Below are positions 25,196 through 38,559 of a stretch of 64,000 nucleotides of DNA, piece by piece (the stretch's first letter is position 1; each line of letters opens with the position of its first letter). The stretch comes from Octopus vulgaris (lineage: Eukaryota): positions 70,928,001-70,992,000 of the forward strand of contig OX597822.1 in assembly GCA_951406725.2 (NCBI GenBank). The letters run 5' to 3'. The position numbers were made by a program, and so were the translations under genes. Below the pieces are notes generated by a model, which saw only the letters and a list, made by a program, of their open reading frames with translations, was not told where the DNA came from and ran no database searches.

Positions 25196-25374
25196 TCTCA
25201 GAATGGGCCATGTTTACATTTCAGGAGATTCCTGCTAGCTTTTTCGAGCCTGGAAAATGACAGTTGAGCCAGAGATTTACACTCCCTGTACTCATGAGCA
25301 AAAATGTTGAATAAGGATTTATAGTTAAGGATCTAGTTCAGCTAGTTAAGGAACTAGCAGTAAAGACTAGTGTA

Positions 25375-25695
25375 AGCTATATCTTTTTTATTTTATATCT
25401 TCCATAACTTCTTATTAATTTTTTTACTGTTTGTTTGGAACAGTAGAGCTCTTAAATCCATATCTGACATTTAGACCTTCCTAGTCTTGCTATCAAGAAC
25501 TGAATTGAAATCTACATGTATTGAATCAGTGTATATGAAACAGCACAAGGACCAAATATATTCAATTCAATTCTTGTTAATGAGACTGTGATTTAGAAAT
25601 GTCAGATATGGATTTAGGAACTCTGCTCTTCCAAACCAACTTTAAAAAAATCTAATAAGAAAATATTGAAAATATAAAATAAAAAAGATAGAACT
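25375..25695. repeat. ~320-bp degenerate fold-back (MITE-like)
   Basis: tatcttttttattttatat/atataaaataaaaaagata and taaatccatatctgacattt/aaatgtcagatatggattta are inverted about ~25535. Confidence 0.8.
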
Positions 25696-26495
25696 TGAAC
25701 ATGGTCATGTATTTAATGAAGCACATATATGATGGAGGTGTTTAACCCTCTCAGACCTGTCTTTAACTTTACCTTCCACCAGGGCTCCTGAGAAAAAATA
25801 TATATAGTTGCACAAGAGTAACAATTTCTGGCAAACTAATGGACAGAATCACAAGAAGATTCAGGAGAATAACAATAATTAGCCTTTCTCTCAACTACCA
25901 TATTTGTTAGACAAACTAATAAACAGAATCGTAAAAATATTCAAGAGAATTACAATAATAGGCTGGTCTCTTAACTGCCATATTTGTTCACCTGAATTGC
26001 TATTTTCTTTATCACTTTCACTAGTTTGAAAAACTCATTGCTTGTGTAAGTATAAACTCTTTGTCCAAAGATTAAATATCCTCAATAATTTCCTCAACTG
26101 CAAAGAGTCTAGGCCTTACGCATTTACAAGACAAAATGCTGGGTTCGTTACATTTTTGTTTCATCATCATCATCATCACCGTTTAACATCTGTTTTCCAT
26201 GCTAGCATGGGTTGGACTATTTGACTAAGGACTGGCGAACAAGATGGCTGCACCAGGATCCAATCTTGATCTGGCAGTTTCTACAGCTGGATACCCTTCC
26301 TAACGCCATTTCATTTTCGTTTTTTATTTTTGCTATTAAAAACAAAAGTAAACAACAGCTATGAAGGACAACATTAAGAATGAGTCACAAACAAACTTGA
26401 CTACAAACCATCAGTTGTTTAATTTTAGTATTCTATCTTCTTTTTCTATGTGTGCGGTTCATTACCTGTTTATCAAGAATGTGACAGAATGTGAA

Positions 26496-26710
26496 GGCGG
26501 TGAGCTGGCAGAAATGTTTGCATGCCAGGCGAAATGCTTAGCAGTATTTTGTCTGAGTTCTGAGTTCAAATTCCGCCGAGGTCGACTTTGCCTTTCATCC
26601 TTTTGGGGTCGATAAATTAAGACTGGGGTCGATGTAATCGACTTAATCTCTTTGTCTGTCCTTGTTTGACCCTCTATGTTTAGCTCCTTGTGGGCAATAA
26701 AGAAATAAGA
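26496..26710 (+). mobile_element. SINE B
   Basis: Near-consensus copy with gcctttcatccttttggggtcgataaattaag. Confidence 0.85.
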
Positions 26711-26773
26711 ATGTGACAGAGGTGCTGTTTAAACTATTTCCAGTATAGCAGGAACATGGCACGACAGCGTTAA

Positions 26774-26985
26774 TCCTTTAGAATTTAAACTGACCATATC
26801 CAGCCAAAATATTCTACCTGTTTTATGTTCAAACTGACCAGATCTGATGTCTCACAAATATCCCACAATGTCATTCTTCAATAAATAATCTCATCATTGA
26901 AATCTTATAAGACAATGCATGATTAACTCAATACAATATGAACAAACAGGCATTACGTTTGACAGAGTAATCTGAATGGTAAGGG
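26774..26985. mobile_element. piggyBac-like MITE, second copy
   Basis: TTAA flanks, homologous to 16233-16453. Confidence 0.75.
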
Positions 26986-28015
26986 TTAAAGTAGAAGAAG
27001 CTTACTTCCACATGATGCTACTGCATTTGGCAAATCTCATTGTTGATGCCCAGACATTAGCATAGAAAAACCTGAGAAAAGCTTCTGAGGCACCTGTGGG
27101 ATGACGTCAGTAGCTGGGGTGCTGACCGGAACTTGGGGCTGACCGGAAGAGGAAGGGGCAGGAGTGACACGCATGCAGGCAGGGGAGAATTGGGCTTTTT
27201 TGATCAGGGTAGCCAACAGAGCTGGACGTTTGAGCGCTTTGTCAAGGTAAGGGAAAAGCAGCTGTTATTATTAGCGTTTGGGTTGGGCCACATGGAAAGG
27301 TGCATTACCGCTGGAGATGCCTGCATCGATGAAGAGAAGGTAGGTGTCTTTATTTCAAATTTACCGTATACACCACAGCAGCTAAGACCACCTTAGAGAT
27401 AAAGAATGTGATAGGTACAATGCAGAACATATAGATTTCTCAATGGATTAATGAAGGTAAGTGAGGAGCATATAATTGAAGCAATATGGACTGCTACTTT
27501 ATTTTGTTGATCCTGAAAGAATAGAATACAAAGCTGACCTTGGTAGGATTTGAAATCAGAAGGAAGAGAATTGGAACAAATTCCACAAAGGCACAGGAGT
27601 GGCTGTGTGGAAGTGCAGGCGTGGTTGTGTGATAAGAAGCTCATTGTAAGGACTTTCAGTCCAAAAGAAATATTGGTAAGAGGTTTATTGCCTCAAATTG
27701 TAAGTTCACAAAAGAACAATGTTTTAGAGAAGCAAAGATTGGCAGGCATCTTTTGCCTTCTCCCATTAATACCATCCTGTTCATCATTTATCTCATCTCA
27801 TTAATGTCTTTGTCCAGCCCGGAGCTTCTCCATCTGTGTACAGCTTTCATAGCCAATTTAATGAAATAAAGAAGCTTACTTCTCAACCACATGGGTCCAG
27901 GTTCAGTCCCACTGCATAACATCTTGGGCAAGTGTCTTCAACTATGATCTTGGGCTAACCAAAGACCAAAGCCTTGTGAGTGGATTTGGTAGATGAAAAC
28001 TGAAACAAGCCTATC

Positions 28016-28049
<34 letters not shown>

Positions 28050-28066
<17 letters not shown>

Positions 28067-28444
28067 TGAGGTTGTGTGCTGTCTGTCTCCTACGATTTAG
28101 ATTCCTAACTACTGCCACATTTTGCAGTGCAGTTTAACCAAAACCGGGTATCTTATAGTCGTGATTCATATCGAGCCCTTCTGGGTATTAGCGTGCGTCT
28201 ACGATGAGTCTACGATTTAAAAAAAAATTACCATCAATTTTTCACATTTTTAATGCATTTTTGGCATATATAAGGGAAGTAACTCTCTAAAAATTTATTA
28301 TTAAATCTCAGAACGTAAAAAGCTACAGTAACACCCCCCTTTGTGGTTAGCCATATTGAGATGGCTATTATACTTTACATCTCTAAAAATGCTTATATAG
28401 TTATTTCCCTTACAAACCTGAGCAATGCCGGGCGATACTGCTAG
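28050..28444 (+). mobile_element. Non-autonomous Helitron
   Basis: 3' hairpin cctgagcaatgccggg then CTAG|T. 5' end merges with (TA)n. Homologous to 51178-51575. Confidence 0.8.
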
Positions 28445-28467
28445 TATATATATATATATATATATAT

Positions 28468-28738
28468 ATCATCATCATTGCTTAATGTCTGCTGTCCATG
28501 CTGGCATGGATTGGACAGTTTGACTTAGGACTGGCAAGCCAGGAGGTTGCACTAGGTTCCAATCTGATTTTGCAAGGTTTCTACAGCTGGATGCTCTTCC
28601 TAACACCAACCACTCCAAGAATGTGGTGGATGCTTTTTATGTGACACCAGCACAGGAGCAAGTCAGGTGGCACTGGCATCAGTCACAATCGAATGGTGCT
28701 TTTTATGTGCCACTGGCATGGGTGCAAGTCTGGCGTCA

Positions 28739-28740
<2 letters not shown>
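28468..28740 (-). mobile_element. RTE LINE 3' end
   Basis: Reverse complement of the RTE tail, between (TA)n tracts. Confidence 0.8.
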
Positions 28741-28771
<31 letters not shown>

Positions 28772-28777
<6 letters not shown>

Positions 28778-29165
28778 CTTTTACTTGTTGTGACCATGCT
28801 GAAGCACCACCTTTAGTCGAGCAAGTCGACCCCAGAACTTATTCTTTGTAAGCCTAGTACTTATTCTATCGGTCTCTTTTGCCAACCCACTAAGTTACGG
28901 GGACATATACACACCAGCATTGGTTGTCAAGCGATGTTGGGGGGGACAAACACAGATACACAAGCACACACACACACTATATATATACATATACATATAT
29001 ATGATGGGCTTCTTTCAGTTTCCATCTACCAAATCCACTCACAAGGCTTTGATTGGCCTGAGGTTATAGTAGAAGACACTTGCCCAAGGGGCCATGCAGT
29101 GGGACTGAACACAGAACCACGTGGCTGGCAAGCAAGCTACTTACCACACAACCAATCCCGCACCT
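28772..29165 (-). mobile_element. SINE A
   Basis: Reverse complement of family A. Confidence 0.85.
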
Positions 29166-29565
29166 GTAAAAGCACCATCCGTTCGTGTCCGTTGCCAGCC
29201 TCGCCTGGCCCCCGTTCCGGTGGCACGTAAAAGCACCATGCGCTCGCGTCCGTTGCCAGCCTCACCGGTGGCACGTAAAAGCACCATCTGTTCGTGTCTG
29301 TTGCCAGCCTTGCCTGGCCCCCGTGCCAGTGACACGTAAAAGCACCATCCGTTCATGGCCGTTTGCCAGCTCCGTCTGGCACCTGTGCGGGTGGCACGTA
29401 AAAAGCACCCACTACACTCATGGAGTGGTTGGCGTTAGGAAGGGCATCCAGCCATAGAAACACTGCCAGATCTGACTGGGCCTGATGCGGCCTTCCGGCT
29501 TCACAGACCCCAGTTGAACCGTCCAACCCATGCTAGCATGGAAAACAGACGCTAAATGATGATGA

Positions 29566-29568
<3 letters not shown>
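29163..29568 (+). mobile_element. RTE LINE 3' end, 4-5 tandem units
   Basis: Units very similar to the 53000-53830 array. Confidence 0.9.
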
Positions 29569-29611
<43 letters not shown>

Positions 29612-30877
29612 TAGTATATATTTATGTGTGTGTGCCTTGCGTCTGTGTTTGTCCCCGAACCATTGTTTGACAAGTGATGTCGGTGTGTTTATGTCCTTGT
29701 AACATAGCAGTTCGGCAAAAGAGACTGATAGAATAAATACTAAGCTTACAAAGAATAAATCCTGGAATCGATTTCTTTGATTAAAAACTCTTTAAGGTGG
29801 CACTCCAGCATGGCCACAGTCAAATGACCGAAGCAAGTATAAAAGAATGAAAGAATAAAGCGTTTTATTCTATGCTCTGCCAGTCTGATGCCTAAATAAC
29901 CTGCTACTGTGTCATTCATTCATTGAGAGAGTATTTAAACAAAAGAAACCCAGTTTGGCAAGCCTTTCACTATAAATGCTAACCACAAAACAGAACGAGA
30001 CTGTTATTTTCTAAACACAAAGTTGAATTATGGAAAATATCATACTTTTAGATAGCAGCGAGATTAACAGTGCAACAGCCATAAAACAGGTGATAATGAA
30101 TGGCTCGTTAATTAACGATCAAAGATATAATAATGAAGGATTCTTTCCTGATTATGAAAATGATTATTAGATTGTGCGATGATAACTGGGCATGGTAAGA
30201 GCAGCTGTGACTCGATAGATGATAGAGATTTACTAATTAGGTGGTATGTGCACATGTGTGAGTGAGTGAGTGAGTGTGTGTGTGTGTGTGTGCATAAGCA
30301 TGTGTGTGTGTGTATTTGTGTGTATGTGTGGGGGGGAGGGATACGCCGGAGAAATACCAGGTTTTTGTGGCGAATGGTGTGGAATTGATAGACAATGAGG
30401 TAGTGTTCAATTGTAATTAATTTTATTACTGGGAAAGCTTCAGCAGTAACGAGAACCATATTACATTATTTCTTGGCATATATCTGCCTTCTGTTGCATG
30501 TAAGAGTGTCTCTGTGTGTGTGTGTGTATGCATGCATATATATGTGTGTGTGTGTATTTATATATATACATATATATATATGTATATATACATATATATA
30601 CATATATATATATGTATATATATATGTATATATGTATATATATATATGTATGTATATATATATGTATATATGTATATATGTATATACATATATATATATA
30701 TATATGTATATATATACACATATATGTATTTATTGATATATTGATGTATACATACTTACATATACACATACACACAGCACACATATATATATATATACAT
30801 ACATATATATACATAAGTATATATGTATATATAGTATATATATACATGCATATACATATATATGTGTGTATATATAT

Positions 30878-30953
<76 letters not shown>

Positions 30954-31299
30954 ATAACCATGCAAATACATAAATACACAAACACCTATAAACACAAACA
31001 CATATCTGTATGTGTGTGTGTGTATGGGTGTATGTGCAAAATATGTATGGTTTCTTTATTATATCAAGCAAAAGGACTGCAGTTATATGAAAATAACTGA
31101 ATTATCTGGAACACAATTTCTGAAGGACATGCTATAGAAAACTGCAAGGGCACTCAAAATTCCCTGACCGCAGCCCTAAAATATTCAAGGTCAAGGTTCA
31201 GAATTACTACAATTGATAGTAATTTTGTAAATATATCTTATATATAATTATCAGGGAGACTATGTATTCTTGTAAAGCTGTTCAATTAGATTAGCCTGC

Positions 31300-31805
31300 A
31301 TCAACATCATCGTCGTTGTCATTGTCATCGTCGTCGTCGTCGTCATCGTCATTGTCGTCATCGTCGTCGTCGTCGTCATCGTCATTGTCGTCATCATCAT
31401 CATCTTTGTCATCGCCATCATCACTGTTGTCATCGTTGTTGTTGTTGTCGTCTTTGTCATCGTTGACATTGTCGTCATTGTCATCATCATCATTGAGAAA
31501 TTCCAATATTTTAAATCTGCGTTTGTCCCCGTTAACGGGGGTGGCCAGATCTACCTCACTCTCACAGCAACCACTCTCATAACTTTGAGCTGGTTGGTGC
31601 CCATGCTTCTTTGTTATTGTCATGAGGCTTTTTCAGAGCTGGATTTTCTACAGGCAGCATGCCCTTGGTTAACCACAACCTCAGTTTCTAGACATGAGTG
31701 GTCCCAAGACCATGGCCTCTATCATGATTTTTAAGAAATGTCATGGAAAACTAGCTCAGGAAGGCAAGGACGCTACTCCCTGAGACCCCTTTCAGAGCCC
31801 CCTAC
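31300..31805 (-). mobile_element. SINE-like element with RTE-related tail and long (GAC/GAT)n tail
   Basis: Second copy at ~59305-59612. Minus-strand agggcatgctgcctgtagaaa resembles the RTE tail motif agggcatccagccgtagaaa. Confidence 0.6.
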
Positions 31806-32619
31806 CTAATCATCATCATCATTATCATCATCATCATTATCATTTAATCTCCACTTTTCTATGTTTGCATGGATCAAGCTACTTACCACATAGCCACTCC
31901 TAGATACTTCTAAAGGGAAAAGACCCACCACAATGTTCAGTCCTTGTGGGTGACAGTGAGGTAACTTGTGTGCCTCAATGTCCATGAAAGTTATGTGAGT
32001 GGAGAACAAGCTCTTTGTAAGGGCCTCCCATGCTGGACAGGTCAAAGGACAGAGGTGACATTTATATAGGACGATCTATTTCCAGGGGTAAAAATGGGTT
32101 TGTGTAAGGTCAACCCTACCCAACAAAGATAAAAGCATAATTACAGATGTATCAATGACAATTCAATACCATAATACTGGGGAGAGGAAGGCTTTCTGTT
32201 AGGGAAACACGATGTGGTGCAGCAAAATCTGAAAGGAAACTGTAAGGAAGCAGGGATCTGACAGGAGAGAAGCAAAAATGACAGACTGGAGTCATGAATA
32301 ATGATGAAAAACCATCAATGGCCAATGTTCCACAAAGTGTAGGGGTCTCAGGAGTAGGATGTAAATGGAATATATAGCTATCATGGTGGTGGTGGAGGGA
32401 GTAAAGCCTGAGCTTTCTGAGTCGATCTTAATAGTCAAGGTATGTCATGTCATCTGTATATAGTATTTTTCAGAAAAACTATGCATGCAGTAGGATGTAG
32501 GATGTAAATGGAATGAAGTTGAGTTATTCATTTTTGGAGTTATTGATATTTCGGTGCAGAAGAAAATAAAAGACATAATGCAAAATGTGAGCAAGTCCAT
32601 TCTATTCTTTTCCTTTTTA

Positions 32620-32920
32620 GGCACTTTGTCAAGATTGTAGGACATAGGTGATCATGACCTGCCAAAATTCTATGCTCTTTCTTTTCTATAGGAGTTCCAC
32701 TTCCAGATAATTAATACTTCTTTCTTCCAACCAGCTCATTAAACTTGACATCCATATCATCCTTCTCCTTCCTCTGTTTCTTTTCCATTCCAGTTTTCCT
32801 GTCATCACTAAATTCTCCAGGCTCTCTTTCCTCATCCCACGACAAAGAAATCTCAGTTGTTTGGCCCTTATCTCACAAAGCAGTTTCCTATTTACTGCAG
32901 TCCAGGTCGTCACGTCTTTA
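32620..32920 (-). mobile_element. RTE (BovB-like) LINE C-terminal fragment
   Basis: IRAKQLRFL..MRKESLENLVMTGKLEWKRNRGRRRMIW. Confidence 0.8.
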
Positions 32921-33334
32921 TTAGACTGTTTGTCAATGTTATCTTCAATATTTTCTTTCCATTCTGCTCTTGTTTAAATTCTGTTATTATCAAAATCTTC
33001 TGTTCTTTCAATAAAACCATATACAACACAGAACCTGTATACAAACAGTTCTCTAAACGAACAAATTGAATAAGAAACGGCTCTTCTGAAGAAAATTAAA
33101 CCCACTAATAAGCTGAAATTTGACCACCGAGCGGAGAATGCTCACATATAAGTGAGTGGGCACCCATTTGCTTAGTGCATTGATATTTAAGCAACAAACC
33201 CTGAGTAGTCTATGCATGCATAGTTTTTCTGAAAAATACTATATACAGATGACATGACATACCTTGACTATTAAGATCAACCCAAAAAACTCAGGCTTTA
33301 CTCTCTCCAACACCACTGTGAGCACTATATCATC

Positions 33335-33752
33335 TCTATGATGTGGAAAATATTCCATCAACATTGCCCAAATGATATAGATACCATCTTTAAAATTCAT
33401 CTGAGGTTTGGCCTCTGTGCGATCAGTCCACTACAGAAATTGTTTGTGTCATATCACAACACTATGACAGAAGTATTTCACCTCAACTAGCCCTGCTCTC
33501 TTCAACATCGTGCAGGCCCACATGAAGGAGGAAAGTGATTTCATGGCATTCAAACGGTCCCTAAATGATTATCTCCAACAAATACCAGACAAACCACCCA
33601 CACCCAGATATGTCTCTGAAAACAATAACTCTCTGCTTGAATGGCCCATGGTGCCCAAGAGCTGACCATGTATCACTTGCAGGTGGTGCTATTAAATTAG
33701 ACATGGTGTGGGCTAACTTCGGCTGAAACTTATCTAAGTAATCTAAGTAATC
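33335..33752 (+). mobile_element. CR1-group LINE 3' fragment
   Basis: PALFNIV...FKRSLNDYLQQIPDKP...NNSLLEW, with a (tctaagtaa)2 tail. Confidence 0.6.
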
Positions 33753-34239
33753 AACTAACAGAGATGAAATTTAAAGAACAAACCATGAGTTGACTACACA
33801 CACACACACACACACTCATACATATAAGTGGCTGGATGAGCATGTACACAGGATTTATTATTGTCCATATATATGTATTTCATGTGGCAGGCAAGTTTTT
33901 ACATTTCATATAGGAAATAATAATTTTTTCTCATATTTCTTTGCTAAACACATAACAAAAGGATCAACAGAAGAAATACAGAGGAGAAAAAAACACACTC
34001 ACAGACACAGACACACACTAACATGCACACACGCTAACACACATTCACGCATACTCACATGTACACACACACACACATACATTTATATATTGATGGATGG
34101 ACAGAAAGAAAAACTCAGATCATTTGATGCTTTTCAGTGGAGTAGCTCAGAATGGACCAATCCTATCTAATTTATATTTCAATTACTCTGAAAAGAGCTC
34201 TGGTAAAGATTATGTTTATATAGAGAGATCTCGCTATAT

Positions 34240-34685
34240 GTTGGTTTCAAATTTTGGCTCAAGGCCAGCAATTTCAAGGGAAAGGGCTTGTTGATTACAT
34301 GGACTCCAGTGCATAACTGGTACTTATTTTATCAACCCCAAAAGAGTGAAAGACAAAGTCGACCTCAGCAGAATTTGAACTCAGAAGGTAAAGACAGATG
34401 AAAAGCTGGAAAGCAATTTTTCTGGCATGGTAACAATTCTGCCAACTTGCTGCCTTAAGCTCACTGTATATTAATTTGAAATTTTGGCACAAAGCCAGAA
34501 ATTCTGGGGGAAGGGGGAAGTTGCTTACATCAACCCCAGTACTCAACTGGTACTTATTTTATCGACCCCAAAGGGAAAAAAGGCAATGTTGACCTCAGTA
34601 GAATTTGAACTTACAACGTAAAGACAGATGAAATACCATTGAGCATTTTGCTCCATATGCTAACAATTCTGCCAGCATGTCACCA
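34240..34685 (-). mobile_element. Two tandem SINE B copies
   Basis: Body repeated at ~34240-34453 and ~34478-34685. Confidence 0.8.
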
Positions 34686-34694
34686 TAGTCCCAC

Positions 34695-35110
34695 TCTCTC
34701 TTTTACTCTTTACTCTTTTACTTGTTTCATTCATTTGACCGTGGCCATGCTGGAGCACCGCCTTTAGTCAAGCAAATCGACCCCAGGGCTTATTCTTTAG
34801 AAGCCTAGTACTTATTCTATCAGCCTCTTTTGCTGAACCGCTAAGTTATGGGGACATAAACACACCACCATCGATTGTCAAGCATTGTTGGGGGGACAAA
34901 CACAGACACACAAACATATACACACACACATATATATACATGTATACGACGGACTTCTTTCAGTTTCCGTCTACCAAATCCACTCACAAAGCTTTGGTCA
35001 GCCCAAGGCTATAGTAAACGACACTCGCCCGAGGTGCCACGCAGTGGGACTGAACCTGGAACCATGTGGTTTGTAAGCAAGCTACTTACCACACAGCCAC
35101 TCCTATGCAC
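34695..35110 (-). mobile_element. SINE A
   Basis: Reverse complement of family A. Confidence 0.9.
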
Positions 35111-36289
35111 TATATAATTGTTTTTTCTTTATTGCCCACAGGGGGCTAAACATAGAGGGGACAAACAAGGACAGACAAACGGATTAAGTCGATTACATCG
35201 ACCCCAGTGTGTAACTGGTACTTAGTTAATCGACCCCGAAAGGATGAAAGGCAAAGTCGACCTTGGCAGAATTTGAACTAAGAACATAACAGCAGATGAA
35301 ATACCACTAAGTATTTCACCCAGCATGCTAACGATTCTACCAGCTCGCTGCCCTACTATATAATAACAGTTCATTATATTTACAGAATTCCAAGAAGAAA
35401 ATTATATGTTCACTTCAGTGTTTACATTCATTTTTCCCTAATGGCTGCATTCTTATTTATTATTTATTAATTTAATCATCACATTAAATAATACAAGTAA
35501 TATTTTTGATAATGGAAGTGTTTATATTCAGGCTTATCATACTGAAGTTTCTTATGATTGTAAGTCTACGGTGTACGTACCTACCAGTCATACAGGATAT
35601 TTAATATATTATCACTATTATAGTGATCTTAGCTCTTCATTACACATCATTTAGCATGGACAATAGAGATAACTAACTTACTTCTAGTCATATCATTCCA
35701 TATATGGTAATGTGCTAGACTGAGAAAATGGGTAAGATTATATTTGTCCTTAGAATGCAAAATCCTAATGCTCAGGCTTCAAAATCTTGAAAAAAAAATG
35801 TTTATTTTGCTTCGATAAATACTACATATATAAATGATTTTCATGAGCATATGTGTGCTATATGTGTATGCATACATACATACATACACACACACATACA
35901 TACATACATACATACATACATACAAACATACATACATACATACACACACATACATACATACACACATGCATACATACATACATACACACACACATACATA
36001 CATACATATACACACACACACACATACATACATACATACATACATACATACACACATACATACATACGTACAAACCTCTGCTGCCTTGTTTTTATTTTAG
36101 GTAAAGGTGCCCTACGTCACTGTTTATGTGGTAATTATGTGTGCTTGTTAGTATTTTTCGGGTTTTCACATCAATGGCTCAAATCTCATCAAGTGTCCAA
36201 TCAAGCAGTCCAAATGTTGGTATCAGTACTGGCACTGCAAGCACATTGTGGGCCACTGTTTTACAGAATGCAGAGAGTTCCAAAGTCCA

Positions 36290-36601
36290 AATTTTCTTTA
36301 TTTGGCTGTAATATTCTTTAAAAAGAATACCTATGCAGGACTATTGAGAAATCTGCAGTTACTGTATCATGATTACAAGTTCTGGTTTATACCTGTTATT
36401 ATAGGGGCCCTGGGATATGTAACACACTGCCCAAATACCAACCTGGAGAAATTAGGCTTCTCAAAACCAGAAAGGAGGAAGCTAATTTGAAGACTACAGA
36501 TCCAATCCATCACTGGAACTGTTAAAATCTGTAAAACTTTCCAGAAGCATATCTAGGTATGCAACTATATGCATGACAATACATACATAAAATATACAAA
36601 T

Positions 36602-36638
<37 letters not shown>

Positions 36639-36790
36639 TACATGCATACATACAAACAAACAAACAAACAAACAAACAAAATATCCTGTTGTTCATGATG
36701 AAATTCCAATGAAGGAGCCTTGGATCTAGGTTAGAAACCAGTTCTTTCTCTATTGGCAAGAAATCTTGAAATAAACTGAATAATGAAATG
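36290..36790 (+). mobile_element. 3' fragment of an RLE-endonuclease non-LTR retrotransposon
   Basis: KKNTYAGLLRNLQLLY...FIPVIIGALG...LEKLGFS. Related copies at 36920-37120 (+) and 45541-46390 (-, split by a SINE A). Confidence 0.65.
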
Positions 36791-36816
36791 CAAACATACA
36801 TACATACCTATATATG

Positions 36817-36867
<51 letters not shown>

Positions 36868-37159
36868 ACACATACGTATGTACATACGTACATGCGTACA
36901 TACATACATACATAAATAAATGCTTAAAGGAGAATCTGAGTAAACTGGGATTTTCAGAAAGAGAAATCGACCGGCTAATTCGTACATTACAAAGGCAATC
37001 TATGAGTGGAACAATAAAAATATGAAAGACTTTTCTCAAGTTCCAAATGTGAATTTGTCTGTGTTAACTACATCCCAAAGATGGAGCCCTGTATCTTTGT
37101 TTTGAAACCGACTCCTTCTTCAGAGGAAAATATATAATAGTTAAAAAACATACATACAT

Positions 37160-37528
37160 GAGTAGCTTGCTTCTCAACAACATAGTTCTGGGTTCAGTAC
37201 CACTGCGTGGCACCTTGGGCAAGTGGCTTCTACAATAGCTTCAGGCTGACCAAAGCCTTGTGAGTGGATTTGGTCGACAGAAACTGAAAGAAGCCCATCG
37301 TATATATATGTACGTATGTATGTGTTTGTGTGTCCATGTTTGTCCCCACACCATTGTTTGACAACCGATGTTGGTGTGTTTACGTCCCTGTAACTTAGCT
37401 GTTTCGCTAAATAGATCGATAGAATAAGTACTAGGCTTACAAAGAATAAGTCCTGGGGTTGATTTGTTCAACTAAAGGCTGTGCTCCAGCATGGCCACAG
37501 TCAAATGACTGAAACAAGTAAAAGAGTA
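37160..37528 (+). mobile_element. SINE A
   Basis: Family A body and tail. Confidence 0.85.
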
Positions 37529-37584
37529 CATATACACTCTTTTTCTCCTTCTGTCTGTTTGTCTGTCTGTCTCTCTCTCTCTGA

Positions 37585-37629
<45 letters not shown>

Positions 37630-38559
37630 CCTGGCACACACATCTGTGACAAACTCATGAATGAGTACTCAATATAATTTCTTTATCAGAATTTTCTAAT
37701 ATTTTTGGAACCCAAGGTTTCTTGATGACAGAAATCAGTATTTAATCAGCCAAGATAAACAAATGACACTTCACTGGCAATGGCCAGAGAGTCATTTAGG
37801 ATTTTATGCTGATTTCAAGAAACCTTGCGTCCCAGATTGGTAGCAAAAATTCTATTAAAATGTGTGCATACACACACACATACATGCACATATACATACA
37901 TATGCGTCTGTATTTATACATTTGTACTCATACCTACATGCACATACTTATATGTGTATGCATTTATATAGATGAGGATAATGGTGATGATGATGAGGGG
38001 GAGGATAAGGATGAGGATAAGGATAATGATGATGATGATGGTGATGATGAATATCATGTTAACTATTTCAAAAATGAAAGATTTTCGTCTTTGTGGTACT
38101 TCCAGAATTACACCAATGGCCCAATTTAAGTTTTGACTCATTGGTTAGAACTTCTAGACTAGGATACTCCACCGGTTAAAATTTTAGTGTTTTTGGTCAT
38201 AGATTGTGAGTTCAACATTGAGTATTTTATGATACCCAGGTGCAACCAGATGTTAGGAATAGCTATCAGAAGGTACCAGAACATACCAGATCTTCAGGAA
38301 ATTTTACTCTACCACCCTGTCCAAAGAGTTATCTGGCTCTCATTCACTTAATGGCAGGAAACCAGTCATAAAAACCTGTTGTGGATGAGGTACGTTTTAT
38401 ACTTTATTTAATCTTCTTCTATCATGGCTATCTTCTGCTATTGACTTGTAATCATTTTTCTCAAAGCATTTAACATTTATTTGCCTTACATTTCAGAAAC
38501 CTATACAATTATTTTTCCTTGATATATAAATGAATACCATTGATAATCAGCTCTTTTCA

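Noticed and set aside
30461-31100. ORFs rich in YI/HT/CV dipeptides (also at 3.0, 4.6, 35.8, 43.0 and 62-63.6 kb)
   Set aside because: Translations of (TA)n, (CA)n and (TACA)n microsatellites.
31260-31623. Poly-Asp acidic ORF resembling a biomineralisation protein
   Set aside because: It is the (GAC/GAT)n tail of a dispersed repeat whose other copy (59.3 kb) has only a short tail.
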